Assembly (NCBI GenBank): GCA_016180525.1
Contig: JACPBB010000002.1
Span: forward strand, 225,044 to 289,043
DNA: 64,000 bases
Origin: Parcubacteria group bacterium
Lineage (GTDB): Bacteria > Patescibacteriota > Minisyncoccia > Phycocordibacterales > UBA2135
Direction: 5' to 3'
The notes under the pieces were generated by a model. The model was not told where the DNA came from. It saw only the letters and a program-made list of their open reading frames with translations, and ran no database searches. The position numbers and the translations under genes were made by a program. Position 1 is the first letter of the stretch, and every line of letters begins with the position of its first letter. Below, one piece after another: positions 8,558-18,476 of the stretch.

Positions 8558-8831
8558 CACGCTTCGCATGGCTTATTTTGTTTACATAGAAATTTTTCAC
8601 TCGTTGTTTAAATACATTTCCCCACTTAGTTTTAAGGAATCTTTCTCTCTGGAATGCTTCCGATTGAGAAATATATTTTTCTGTATAAATCAGAACGAGA
8701 GGTCTGCGAAATTTTGTTGCAGGTATAAATCCTTTATTATGTCTCGCAACTCTTTTTTGTATATTTCTTGTACAGCCTGTATAAAGTTTTTCATCTTTCT
8801 TGCTGTACAGAATGTAAACAAAATAAGACAT
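8553..8831 (-). CDS. GIY-YIG nuclease family protein (stand-alone, 92 aa)
   Basis: YFVYILYSKKDEKLYTGCTRNIQKRVARHN matches the GIY-(x10)-YIG motif. It sits in a GC-elevated patch with repeat E1 at its 3' end. Confidence 0.7.
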   Translation of the reverse strand: MSYFVYILYSKKDEKLYTGCTRNIQKRVARHNKGFIPATKFRRPLVLIYTEKYISQSEAFQRERFLKTKWGNVFKQRVKNFYVNKISHAKRG

Positions 8832-8912
8832 GTGAATTAATATAACACATCAGTCCTAAAAGGTGGGGGCAAGCTTTTGTTGTTTTTCTTTTTGTCGCTT
8901 GCCCGAAGTTGT

Positions 8913-9098
8913 TCAGCAGGATGCCGCGATCGCGATGTCCACACGCTTCCGGCCGATGTCGCGGTCAATGAAGACCGGATTTTCGTCGGATGTGTCGTGG
9001 TGCGGATGAAGTTCGGAAACCTCATCCAAATCATCGTCGTCTTCAACGGCGGGATCCAATGTTGGGATCTCTCCGTCTGGCAGAGTAAACCTTGCCAT
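8913..9098 (-). CDS. Small acidic protein (61 aa)
   Basis: Ideal SD GGAGGAAATATCATG upstream. The D/E-rich run VEDDDDLDEVSE lies within a roughly 52% GC stretch. Overlapping alternative-frame ORFs in the track are judged less likely. Confidence 0.4.
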   Translation of the reverse strand: MARFTLPDGEIPTLDPAVEDDDDLDEVSELHPHHDTSDENPVFIDRDIGRKRVDIAIAASC

Positions 9099-9182
9099 GA
9101 TATTTCCTCCGTTTGGCAGGTATGCCTGAGGTGGTCAGGCAAACATCCCACCTTTTAAAACTGATACAGATTTTAAAAGAAC

Positions 9183-9623
9183 TTAACCTCTTAATTTTCG
9201 TCCAATATCGCGCTCAGTGTCTCGCTTCTTGATAGCTTGTCGTTTATCATATTTTTTCTTTCCGCGCGCAACGGCAATCTCAAGTTTTACTTTTCCTGCC
9301 TTATTATACACTGAAATGGGCACTATTGTCAACCCTTTCTTTTTTTCATACCCCGCAATTTCAGATATTTCTTTTCTATTGAGTAAAAGCTTGCGTACCC
9401 GATTCGGATCATAATCTCCTGGGGTATTTTTCACTTGATATGGGGGAATGTGCATGCCGACTATAAACGCTTCGCCGCCACGCACTATTATATAGGCACC
9501 GGAAAGCGAGCCCTGCCCCCCCTTCAGAGACTTTACTTCAAATCCGAGCAATTTCAAACCTGCCTCGAATTTCTCAAGGACTTCATAATTGAAATATGCT
9601 TTTCTGTTTTCTATAAGCCTCAT
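9183..9623 (-). CDS. smpB: SsrA-binding protein SmpB
   Basis: Typical length (146 aa) and conserved blocks EVKSLKGG, VPISVYNKAGKVKLEIAVARGKKKYDKR. Confidence 0.85.
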   Translation of the reverse strand: MRLIENRKAYFNYEVLEKFEAGLKLLGFEVKSLKGGQGSLSGAYIIVRGGEAFIVGMHIPPYQVKNTPGDYDPNRVRKLLLNRKEISEIAGYEKKKGLTIVPISVYNKAGKVKLEIAVARGKKKYDKRQAIKKRDTERDIGRKLRG

Positions 9624-9709
9624 ATCCGCATTGTAGCATAGCGTTGACTTGTTTTTGGCAGGTGTGATAAGGTTACGGCAGATACTTATGGGTTCGCAAG
9701 GAGAAGGTA

Positions 9710-11287
9710 ATGAAAACAGCGCAGGAACGTCTTGCCAAAGTACATTTTTTCTCGGTAAAACCTGATCTTTCGGCTCTTAACACAAAACAAAAACGAGCGC
9801 TTGCTCATTGCGTCAGTGCGGCGCAAATCATGACTGACATATATCTTGGCCAAGCACACTCTGGCAATAAGGACATTTACAACGAACTTCAAAAACGAAG
9901 TGACGCTGAAGGAAGAGATCTCTTGCGTTACTTTCTTATTCATGGATGTCCGTGGGACGCGTATGATAATGATAGGCCATTTATTCATGGAGTTGGAGAA
10001 AAGCCAAAATTTGGTTCTTTCTACCCACCTGATTTGACGGAAGGCGAGTGGAAATCGTATCTGGAATCACATCATAAAGAACGCGAACAACTTGAGAGTA
10101 ACTATACCGTAGTGAAGCGCCGGGGTGCTAATCTGGTCGCAGTTCCCTATTCACAAGAATATAAGGACAGATTGGAAGATGCTGCGAATTGTTTGCGGAA
10201 AGCAGCGTCTCTTTTATCTCCCGGAGCATTGCAATCGTTTTTGCAACTTCGTGCGGATGCTTTTCTTTCGAATGATTACTTTGAAAGTGATATGGCGTGG
10301 GTGGACACAGATGGAAACCCCTTTGAAGTAACAATTGGCCCCTACGAAACATACTTTGATAGGCTGCTCGGTCTGAAGGCTTCTTTTGAAGCATTTATCG
10401 CATTACCGGACAAAGATGCAACAGTAGCTCTCGGAAAGTTTACGCCACTGGTGCCCGACTTTGATCTCATGCTCAGTCAAGAGTTCAACTTCGCTCCAAA
10501 AGGCGCTGCGATTCCTTTAGAAGTTGTTGCGGACGTGATGCGTGGAGGTGAGGCTGGATTCGGTTATATGTTCGTGGCGTACAATTTGCCCAATGATCGA
10601 AGAGTGCACGATATTAAGGGGTCAAAAAAAGTATTTTCTCGAACAATGATGGAGGCGAAGTTTTATACGGAAGTGCTTCCTGTTGCGGAGAGAATACTCC
10701 CGCCCGCTCTAGCCGAATTGTGTACCTTTGACAATCTCTTTAACTTTGTTCTCGGACATGAATTGGCACACGGCCTTGGTCCAAGCAAGGTGAAGGTTGA
10801 CGGGAGAGAAATGCCATTTGAGGTTGCGCTTAAAGATCTCCACTCTTGTCTTGAGGAAGCAAAGGCGGACATGCTCGGCTTCAGGTTACTTAATTACTTC
10901 AGGAGCCGGGGAGTGTTTGATGACAAAATGCTTGCCGGAATGGTAATTACAGAAATCGCAGCTCACTTCCGCCAATGGAGACACGGGTTTACGGAAGCTC
11001 ATTCTAAAGGCGAGCTTATTGAGTACAACTGGCTCAAGTCGGCTCATGCCCTGCATTACAACAGAACATCTAAAAAGTATGAAATTGATGTGGAACGTTC
11101 TCTTCAGGCAATGTCTCGTTTAAGCACAGAATTTCTGAATCTACAGGTGGCTGGTGATTATGAGCGTGCAAAAAATTTCGTGAAGCAGTGGTCATCCGTT
11201 CCGGATGAACTTCCTTCAATTATAGAAGGCCTCACTGATATTCCAACCGCAGTAAGTCCTGTGTGGGATCTGTCGGAGTTAAAATAA
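9710..11287 (+). CDS. Zinc metallopeptidase with HEXXH (HELAH) plus downstream EEAKAD motif, DPP III (M49)-like
   Basis: HELAHGLGP followed about 40 aa later by LEEAKADMLG, resembling the second zinc-ligand motif of M49. 525 aa. Paired hairpin terminators at 11300-11400. Confidence 0.4.
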   Translation: MKTAQERLAKVHFFSVKPDLSALNTKQKRALAHCVSAAQIMTDIYLGQAHSGNKDIYNELQKRSDAEGRDLLRYFLIHGCPWDAYDNDRPFIHGVGEKPKFGSFYPPDLTEGEWKSYLESHHKEREQLESNYTVVKRRGANLVAVPYSQEYKDRLEDAANCLRKAASLLSPGALQSFLQLRADAFLSNDYFESDMAWVDTDGNPFEVTIGPYETYFDRLLGLKASFEAFIALPDKDATVALGKFTPLVPDFDLMLSQEFNFAPKGAAIPLEVVADVMRGGEAGFGYMFVAYNLPNDRRVHDIKGSKKVFSRTMMEAKFYTEVLPVAERILPPALAELCTFDNLFNFVLGHELAHGLGPSKVKVDGREMPFEVALKDLHSCLEEAKADMLGFRLLNYFRSRGVFDDKMLAGMVITEIAAHFRQWRHGFTEAHSKGELIEYNWLKSAHALHYNRTSKKYEIDVERSLQAMSRLSTEFLNLQVAGDYERAKNFVKQWSSVPDELPSIIEGLTDIPTAVSPVWDLSELK

Positions 11288-11401
11288 TTTTTGATATAGC
11301 ATGAGCCCGAAATGAATCGGGCTTTTTCTTTTTACATATCAATTTTAACATTGTAATTTTAAAAAGCGGTCTGATGTTTATCAGACCGCGTTGATTTTTA
11401 T

Positions 11402-13231
11402 TTATTTCTTTTTCTGTTTTGCGTAGAGCTGTTCTGCCTCCGCAAGTAATTTCTCAATTGACGCGAAGCCCAAGTTCCAAAATTCTGGGTTTGTCGGGTC
11501 AAGGCCGAATGGAGCAAGTAATTCTTTCGGTCCTTTTGAGCTTCCGGCGCGCAAAAGGTCAAGATACATTTTTTCAAACTCTTTTTTCTCAAATCCACTT
11601 TGCGCCGCGTAGAGCGACTGAGTTAAGAGTTCTCCAAACGCGTATCCATAGACATAGAACGGATTGTGGAAATGTGGAATATATGCCCACAGATAGTCAA
11701 AGTCTTTGTATCTGAAGACTGAGCCATCTTTGCCATAGATTTTTTCTGTTACTCTTTTCCAAATCTCGTTAAATTCAGGAACCGACAATCGTCGAGGAGA
11801 AGCATGGATTTCCTGCTCAAAGAACGAAAAACAAATTTGGCGGATAACGGAATTCATCATATCGCCAAGCTTGCCCATATTGAGAGCGAGCAACTCTTCA
11901 GGATTATTTTTCTCTACCGCCCTCTGTTTTAAGGAATTAAATGTTGTCATTTCTCCAAAGATGGAAGCGGTCTCGGCAAGCGCGATCGGTGCCTGCTGCA
12001 TCAGTGCCCCCTGCGCCTCACCCGCAAGAATACCGTGCACGCCGTGTCCCAATTCATGTGCCAAGGTCATTACATCTCGTTCTGTTCCCAAGAAATTCAA
12101 AAGCGTGAAACATACGGGCTTGTGTCCCGGAAGGGTAAGCGGTGCGTTAAACGCGCCGCTTGATTTATTCTTAACCCGCGGTGCGTCAATGCGCTTCTCT
12201 TGTACCATCTTTGCAACAATGTTTCGTAGTGTCGGACTGAAGCTTCCATATGCGGAAAGTACGAGCTCAATTGCTTCCGGATATGTAATCAATTCATCAC
12301 TTTTTTCAAATAGTAGAGGAGCATTTCTGTCGCTCCAGAGGAGTGGCTTAATGCCGAGCATTTCTCCTTTGAGAGCGTAGTATCTCTGTGCGAGAGACGC
12401 TCCCATGTTTGCAACAGCTTCATGAAGGGCGAGAACGGCCTCATCAGGAATTTTGTTTTCTTTGTTCCGCTCTGACATGGGGTGTGGATATTTACGCTCT
12501 CGGTCAGAAACCTGTTTTAATCCGACGATCATGTTGAGCGTTTGTCCGGAAAGACGCGCGAAATGTCCGCCTAATCCCTTGTTGAATGCTTTAAGCGCTC
12601 TTGCACGGCGAGAACTCTCTTGTGCTGTTCCAAGGACGTGGAGTATCTCATTCTGGTCAAGCTTTTTTCCCTCAAACGGGAAGCGCAACAGCACATCTTC
12701 CTCATCATAATATTTACTCCATGATTCCGGTCCGAACATCTTGCGCTTAGAAAGCGCGCTCTCAACCTCTTCTTCTAAAAGATGCGGTTTTGTTTTCCGA
12801 ACATCTAGAATCCACGGCATATGGAATGAAATAACGTTGCTTTTCTTAGATTGCACTGTAATGTATTTTTGCGGCAGACGTGCGAGTTCAAGGGCAAAGA
12901 AAGTGAGATATTCTCCGTTTACGCGACTCATCAATTTTTGTACCTCATCCACTTTTGTTTTTACCTTCTCGCTTGTTTCGTCAAGAGCTTTTACAAGGAG
13001 TAGGTAAGACATTATTTTGGTTCCAAGTTCCTCAATGTTAATCCACGTTTCCACCGCTTTTCCAAGGCGCGTGCGGAGTTTTCCTTTAAACATGTTTTCA
13101 AATTGCCGCGCGCGTTCCTCAAGCAGTCTCATGTCCGCGTTTATCTGCGGGTCGTCAATTCCTTTATAAAAACAAGACAAATCCCAGCGTACATTTTCTG
13201 TTCCAAGCGCTTTTGCCGTCGCAGTACTCAT
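11402..13231 (-). CDS. pepF: Oligoendopeptidase F (M3B family)
   Basis: HELGHGVHG zinc motif; about 600 aa; overall M3B architecture. Confidence 0.75.
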   Translation of the reverse strand: MSTATAKALGTENVRWDLSCFYKGIDDPQINADMRLLEERARQFENMFKGKLRTRLGKAVETWINIEELGTKIMSYLLLVKALDETSEKVKTKVDEVQKLMSRVNGEYLTFFALELARLPQKYITVQSKKSNVISFHMPWILDVRKTKPHLLEEEVESALSKRKMFGPESWSKYYDEEDVLLRFPFEGKKLDQNEILHVLGTAQESSRRARALKAFNKGLGGHFARLSGQTLNMIVGLKQVSDRERKYPHPMSERNKENKIPDEAVLALHEAVANMGASLAQRYYALKGEMLGIKPLLWSDRNAPLLFEKSDELITYPEAIELVLSAYGSFSPTLRNIVAKMVQEKRIDAPRVKNKSSGAFNAPLTLPGHKPVCFTLLNFLGTERDVMTLAHELGHGVHGILAGEAQGALMQQAPIALAETASIFGEMTTFNSLKQRAVEKNNPEELLALNMGKLGDMMNSVIRQICFSFFEQEIHASPRRLSVPEFNEIWKRVTEKIYGKDGSVFRYKDFDYLWAYIPHFHNPFYVYGYAFGELLTQSLYAAQSGFEKKEFEKMYLDLLRAGSSKGPKELLAPFGLDPTNPEFWNLGFASIEKLLAEAEQLYAKQKKK

Positions 13232-13335
13232 CGGTCTTCTCCCTTCTTAAGTCTGGCCTAAGTTTATGGATATTCATCTGAAAGTCAAACAATCTTCTCT
13301 AATGAATCAATGTACCCCTTTTATTTTTAGAGATT

Positions 13336-15351
13336 ATGTTGTATAGTAAAATTCATATGTTTCCGGAAAATCAAAAAGAAAAAAAGAGCAAAAAGGGTAA
13401 CATGCCTCCATTTTTAAAAGGTCCCAGTAAGGGCACCTCGCGAAATCAGTTTTGGGGAAATCTTTTAAGCACTCTTTTGATACTTCTTATTATTGTTACG
13501 GCGTATTCGCTTATTGTTGAAAATAAAAAAGAGAAAATTGAAATACCCATTTCTGTTTTGGCGCAAGATATAAAAGGCGAGCTTATTTCAAAAATTACGG
13601 TTTCTGGAGAAAAAATAACGGCAACATATAAAGAAAAAGACCCGAACGCCCCCGCTCCAAAAGAAGGAGATGAGTCTGCGTATGTCACAAAAGAATCAAA
13701 AAAAGAGGCGGGTACGGCTCTCTCCGATACGTTGGTAAACTATGGAGTAACGGCACAACAGTTGGGCGCCCTTGAAATTGAAATTAAAAAAGAATCAGGA
13801 CTCGCATTCTTTTTATTAAACGCGGCGCCATTTTTGATTCCCATTATATTTATTCTCCTCTTTTTCTGGCTTATTTCTCGCCAAATGAAAGGGGCAGGCA
13901 TGCAAGCGTTTACATTCGGCCAGTCAAAGGCTCGGATTATTGACCCGAATGATAAAAATCAGAGGGTAACATTTAAAGATGTCGCCGGAGTCAAAGAAGC
14001 GAAGGAAGAACTTGTAGAAATCGTTGATTTTTTAAAAAATCCGAAAAAGTTTTTAGATATAGGTGCGCGTATTCCAAAGGGCGTGCTTTTAATGGGCGCC
14101 CCTGGAACCGGGAAAACGCTTCTTGCCCGCGCGGTTGCAGGGGAGGCGAAGGTTCCATTTTTCTCAATTTCAGGTTCAGAGTTTGTTGAAATGTTTGTCG
14201 GCGTTGGCGCCTCTCGTGTTCGCGATTTGTTTAAAATGGCGAAAAAGGCCGCTCCCTCCATCGTGTTCGTAGACGAAATAGACGCTGTTGGTCGCGTGCG
14301 TGGTACTGGTGTTGGCGGCGGGAATGATGAACGGGAACAGACACTCAATCAGATATTAGTTGAGATGGATGGATTTGAGCCGAATGAAAAAGTAATTGTG
14401 ATGGCAGCGAGCAACAGACCGGATGTATTAGATCCTGCGCTTTTGCGTCCCGGAAGATTTGATAGACGCGTTGTTCTTGATTTGCCGGATATTCATGACA
14501 GGGAGGAAATTTTAAAAATTCACAGCGTTAAAAAGCCGCTTGGAGAAGATGTTGATCTTAAAGTGATTGCACAGAGAACACCGGGATTTTCAGGAGCCGA
14601 CTTGTATTCACTCATGAATGAGGGGGCGATTTTGGCAGCGCGTGAAAGTCGCAAAACAGTTACTCAATACGACCTTATTCGTTCTATTGAAAAAGTGATG
14701 CTCGGGCCAGAACGAAAAAGCCATCTGCTTTCTAAACAAGAAAAGAAAATAACCGCGTATCATGAAGCCGGACACGCGCTCGTCGCCTCGGTCCTCCCGC
14801 ACGCAGACCCCGTGCACAAAATATCAATTGTTGCGCGTGGACATGCGGGTGGCTATACATTGAAACTTCCATTTGAAGAAAAACGGCTTCAGTCTCGCAA
14901 GGTGTTCTTAGATGACATTGCTGTTTCTTTGGGAGGCTATGTTGTAGAGAAAATGATTTTTGGAGATTTAACAACTGGACCATCAAATGATTTGCGTGTT
15001 GCTGCAGCTCTCGCGAGGGATATGGTAACGAAATACGGCATGTCAGAGGCATTTGGCCCCGTGGCGCTTGAGGACTCCGGTGGAAGGCTTTTCTTGGGCC
15101 GAACCGCAACGGGAGAGCGGGAATATTCTGAAGATGTTTCTAAAAAAATTGACGCGGAAGTTGCTCGCATTATTGATGAGGCGATGGAGAAGGCGACAAA
15201 AGTCGTTACAAAGCATAGAAAGGCGCTTGATGCGATTGCTGGTGAGCTTATTAAAACTGAAACACTGGAACGTGCAGAGTTTGAAAAAGTACTCATTGTA
15301 AATGGCATTACGCCTAAAAAAGAAGCAGAAGATGAAATTGAAAAAAAATAA
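13336..15351 (+). CDS. ftsH: ATP-dependent zinc metalloprotease FtsH
   Basis: N-terminal TM segments, Walker [19 protein letters not shown], second region of homology, and protease motif HEAGHAL. Terminator at 15377-15418. Confidence 0.9.
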   Translation: MLYSKIHMFPENQKEKKSKKGNMPPFLKGPSKGTSRNQFWGNLLSTLLILLIIVTAYSLIVENKKEKIEIPISVLAQDIKGELISKITVSGEKITATYKEKDPNAPAPKEGDESAYVTKESKKEAGTALSDTLVNYGVTAQQLGALEIEIKKESGLAFFLLNAAPFLIPIIFILLFFWLISRQMKGAGMQAFTFGQSKARIIDPNDKNQRVTFKDVAGVKEAKEELVEIVDFLKNPKKFLDIGARIPKGVLLMGAPGTGKTLLARAVAGEAKVPFFSISGSEFVEMFVGVGASRVRDLFKMAKKAAPSIVFVDEIDAVGRVRGTGVGGGNDEREQTLNQILVEMDGFEPNEKVIVMAASNRPDVLDPALLRPGRFDRRVVLDLPDIHDREEILKIHSVKKPLGEDVDLKVIAQRTPGFSGADLYSLMNEGAILAARESRKTVTQYDLIRSIEKVMLGPERKSHLLSKQEKKITAYHEAGHALVASVLPHADPVHKISIVARGHAGGYTLKLPFEEKRLQSRKVFLDDIAVSLGGYVVEKMIFGDLTTGPSNDLRVAAALARDMVTKYGMSEAFGPVALEDSGGRLFLGRTATGEREYSEDVSKKIDAEVARIIDEAMEKATKVVTKHRKALDAIAGELIKTETLERAEFEKVLIVNGITPKKEAEDEIEKK

Positions 15352-15449
15352 TTACATTTTAAAGCATCTTTAAAAATGCCCTCTCATTTGTGTTGCAAAT
15401 GAGAGGGCATTTTGATAGGAATTTAGCTGCATAGTGTATAATTTTAGTA

Positions 15450-17777
15450 ATGGCTAATATTCTTTTTGTTTACAGGCTTGCGTTTGTTTGTCTTTTAGCG
15501 CTGATATTATTTTTTTTTCCATTTTTGATCGTGCGCGCCGTTAATGTAACAACGGTAGTTTTACCCAATGGGGGAGAGTGTCTTACGGTCGGCGAATCCT
15601 ACACGATTCGATTTTCGTGGAGCGGGGCTGACGTTGAACATCTTGCTATTTACTATCGAACCGACGGCGCGCAGCCTACACATCTTGACTCTTCTACTAT
15701 CAAGCACCCGATAAACGTTCCGCAACAAGGCACGACATGGAATTGGACTCCAGGCAGTTCCAATATATCTGAGACGGGCAGGGTCTGGGTTGACGGGCAT
15801 GAAAACGGTCATGATTCTCTGGCGACTTGGGATAATTCTGATGCGGATTTTGCGGTCCGCGCGGATTGCTCTGAGCCAGCTCCAGCAGAGCAGAGTAGCG
15901 CTCCTAGACCTCTTCCCACAGGCCCTGCTCCTGTGTTTTCTTTTTTACCGGAGCCCGAGCCTATACTTCCAAAGGGCGGAGGGCCAGTGTCATATCCTCC
16001 AACGATTGAATTTACGAATACCTTTAAATTTGGTCAAATTTTTAGCGATGTTATTGATATTTCATTTATGGCTGATGACCTAAATAATATTGACAAACGA
16101 GATACGTTTGGAATCTCAAATCATCCGGTATCCCTTTTTTATACAAGCGGAAAAAATTTAACCAAGCGAACCCTCATTGCGCAAGGACTTGCCAGCACGA
16201 CATCATATACATGGAGAGTCCGCGATATTCCCGACGGGAACGACTATCGTGTCATTGCCGAGGTGGCTGACAGAAGCGGACTTGTTGGGCAAGCGATAAC
16301 ACCTCCTTTTACAATTGATAACTCAATTCCTTCGGCTGAAGTATTCAGTCGTACATCTATAATTTCGTGGAGAACCCCCACTCCAACCTATTCGTTTGTT
16401 GAATATGGAGAGAGAGTCAGAGAGAGGGCGGTATCGGGGAGGGAAACAGTCCCCGATACACTCCCTTCGAGAGAACATTTTTTCATTATTGAAGGCTTGA
16501 GTCCAAATACGACATATCATTTTCGTGTGATAAACTCAATTACTCCGATTTTACGGCAAGGGCAAAGAGAGGCGCAAGACTATTTTGACCCTCAATTTAC
16601 TGTGTTTCCAAAATCATTTACAACCGCACCAGTTTCAGCCGTGGATGTTTCTCCGGTTTCTGGAATATTCACTGTTTCCGGCCGAACAACAATGTTGTTG
16701 TCATGGGTACGTTCAACAAAAGCATCTTTTGAAACTATTATTGTGCGACAACAGGGACGCTTTGCCAGAAATCCAAAAGATGGAGAGGTCGTTTTTCGAA
16801 GCAACGCGTCATATTATAGAGATGCCGGGTTGCGGCCAGAAGAAACTTATCAGTACAGTATTTTTCAAACAGATGGGCTCGGCAATTTCTCGTTCCCTCG
16901 TTTTGTGCGCGCAACAACAAAAGAAGGATTAAAAGAAGTCCCGACTCCTCCGCTTGAAGAAAGCGAACCCTCGCTACAGTTACGAGTGGGAAGTTTTTCA
17001 TCTGAATCGGGTGGAAAAACTGTTACGCTTCGTTGGAAAAATCCAAATAACCCTCATTTTTTAGGTGTTCAAATTGTGAGAAATACAGAATCACTGCCGT
17101 CACATTCCTTTGACGGCGCCGTTCTGTTCCGAGGATTAGCGGAGAGCTTTACTGACTCCGATTTAGTGCCTGGCAATCGTTATTTGTATGGGATTTTTCC
17201 GTTTGATTGGAACAACGCGTTTTACTCAGGCTCCTTTACTTCGGGTGTTCCAGAGGAGAGTTCCGCATTTGAAACACTTTCTTCTTTTTTGGTACCCGTT
17301 TCCGCGACGTCCTCTTCTATGAAACCTCTTGCCGATATCCAGATTCAGATTAACGCACTGTATGAAAAAGTTAAGGAAATTTCTCTCGCGATACAAGTAT
17401 TACTCGGGGAAGGGCCGTTTACGTCATCTCTGTCTTCCGGAAAAAAAGAGTCGATGCCGAGTCCCGAGGTACGGCAGTCCAAAACACACATCGTATATAT
17501 TACTGAATCGGGATTTAGTCCAAAGGAGATTATTATACAAAAAGGAGATACGGTATTGTGGATAGGGAGGAGTACGGGACACTCGTGGCCCGCCTCCGAT
17601 ATTCATCCGACTCACGGTTTATACCCTGAGTTGGGAGGCTGTATTGGAAGCACATTTGATTCCTGTCGCACGCTCTCCTTGGGAGACGAATATTCTTTTT
17701 TGTTCAACAAAGTTGGGGTATGGCAGTATCATGACCACCTCAATCCTCTACACGCGGGTACTATTACGGTACAATAA
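15450..17777 (+). CDS. Large secreted/surface protein with repeated beta-sandwich (FN3/Ig-like) modules and a C-terminal His-rich cupredoxin-like domain
   Basis: N-terminal hydrophobic segment. The C-terminal about 100 aa (GDTVLW...HSWPASDIHPTHGLYP...YHDHLNPLHAGTITVQ) is shared with 17857-18465 and 25164-25640. Confidence 0.5.
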   Translation: MANILFVYRLAFVCLLALILFFFPFLIVRAVNVTTVVLPNGGECLTVGESYTIRFSWSGADVEHLAIYYRTDGAQPTHLDSSTIKHPINVPQQGTTWNWTPGSSNISETGRVWVDGHENGHDSLATWDNSDADFAVRADCSEPAPAEQSSAPRPLPTGPAPVFSFLPEPEPILPKGGGPVSYPPTIEFTNTFKFGQIFSDVIDISFMADDLNNIDKRDTFGISNHPVSLFYTSGKNLTKRTLIAQGLASTTSYTWRVRDIPDGNDYRVIAEVADRSGLVGQAITPPFTIDNSIPSAEVFSRTSIISWRTPTPTYSFVEYGERVRERAVSGRETVPDTLPSREHFFIIEGLSPNTTYHFRVINSITPILRQGQREAQDYFDPQFTVFPKSFTTAPVSAVDVSPVSGIFTVSGRTTMLLSWVRSTKASFETIIVRQQGRFARNPKDGEVVFRSNASYYRDAGLRPEETYQYSIFQTDGLGNFSFPRFVRATTKEGLKEVPTPPLEESEPSLQLRVGSFSSESGGKTVTLRWKNPNNPHFLGVQIVRNTESLPSHSFDGAVLFRGLAESFTDSDLVPGNRYLYGIFPFDWNNAFYSGSFTSGVPEESSAFETLSSFLVPVSATSSSMKPLADIQIQINALYEKVKEISLAIQVLLGEGPFTSSLSSGKKESMPSPEVRQSKTHIVYITESGFSPKEIIIQKGDTVLWIGRSTGHSWPASDIHPTHGLYPELGGCIGSTFDSCRTLSLGDEYSFLFNKVGVWQYHDHLNPLHAGTITVQ

Positions 17778-17856
17778 TTAATAACAACTTAATAATTCAG
17801 ATTTACATTTTTTATTTGGGCTATTTGAATGAATTTGTGTATCAGGATTACTATCC

Positions 17857-18465
17857 ATGGCTTCTAGTCTTAAAATAATATTAATTGCAGTTTCAATCGG
17901 TCTCCTTGCTGGTGGTTTTTATTTTTTGTCATTGAAAACTGAAGCACCAAACAATGTAGTCCAAAATCCTGAACAAAAAAACGAAATGGTCGTATCTGAT
18001 ATTCCAGCCACTGAAGCGGGCGATGTTTCTACACCAGAGAGTAATGCAACAATCCAAGATGAAGGCCTGAAAAATGATACCCCGTTACCGCAACAAGAGC
18101 CTTCCCCGATAAAGCAACCTGAAATTACGAATACTTCAACAATCCAAAAACCAGCAGTAATTTCGCAAGAGCTGCAAGAGTACTTAGTGCATATTTATAG
18201 TTTTACTGACTGGCGTCCCACCAGCCTTACTGTTTATGTTGGAGATACGGTAACGTTTATAAATGAAGATAATGCTCTTCACTGGCCTGGCGCGGATCCG
18301 CACCCAACACACAGCTCTTTACCCGATTTTGACGCTCTTGGTGGAATATCAAGGGGGCAGAGTTACTCGCATACATTTAGAAAAATTGGAGCACATGGGT
18401 ATCACGACCATCTTCTTGAAGTGCCCCCCACTATCGGAGTTATTACTGTTTTGCCGCGGCAGTAA
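17857..18465 (+). CDS. Secreted protein with a His-rich cupredoxin-like C-terminal domain (paralog of the C-terminus of 15450-17777)
   Basis: N-terminal TM/signal; GDTVTFINEDNALHWPGADPHPTH...YHDHLLEVPPTIGVITV. Confidence 0.45.
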   Translation: MASSLKIILIAVSIGLLAGGFYFLSLKTEAPNNVVQNPEQKNEMVVSDIPATEAGDVSTPESNATIQDEGLKNDTPLPQQEPSPIKQPEITNTSTIQKPAVISQELQEYLVHIYSFTDWRPTSLTVYVGDTVTFINEDNALHWPGADPHPTHSSLPDFDALGGISRGQSYSHTFRKIGAHGYHDHLLEVPPTIGVITVLPRQ

Positions 18466-18476
18466 ACATTCAAATC

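Noticed and set aside
9150-9700. tmRNA (ssrA) adjacent to smpB
   Set aside because: Scanned the flanks for a tRNA-Ala-like 5' GGGG.. and 3' T-arm plus ACCA end and for a tag reading frame. None was seen within the window.
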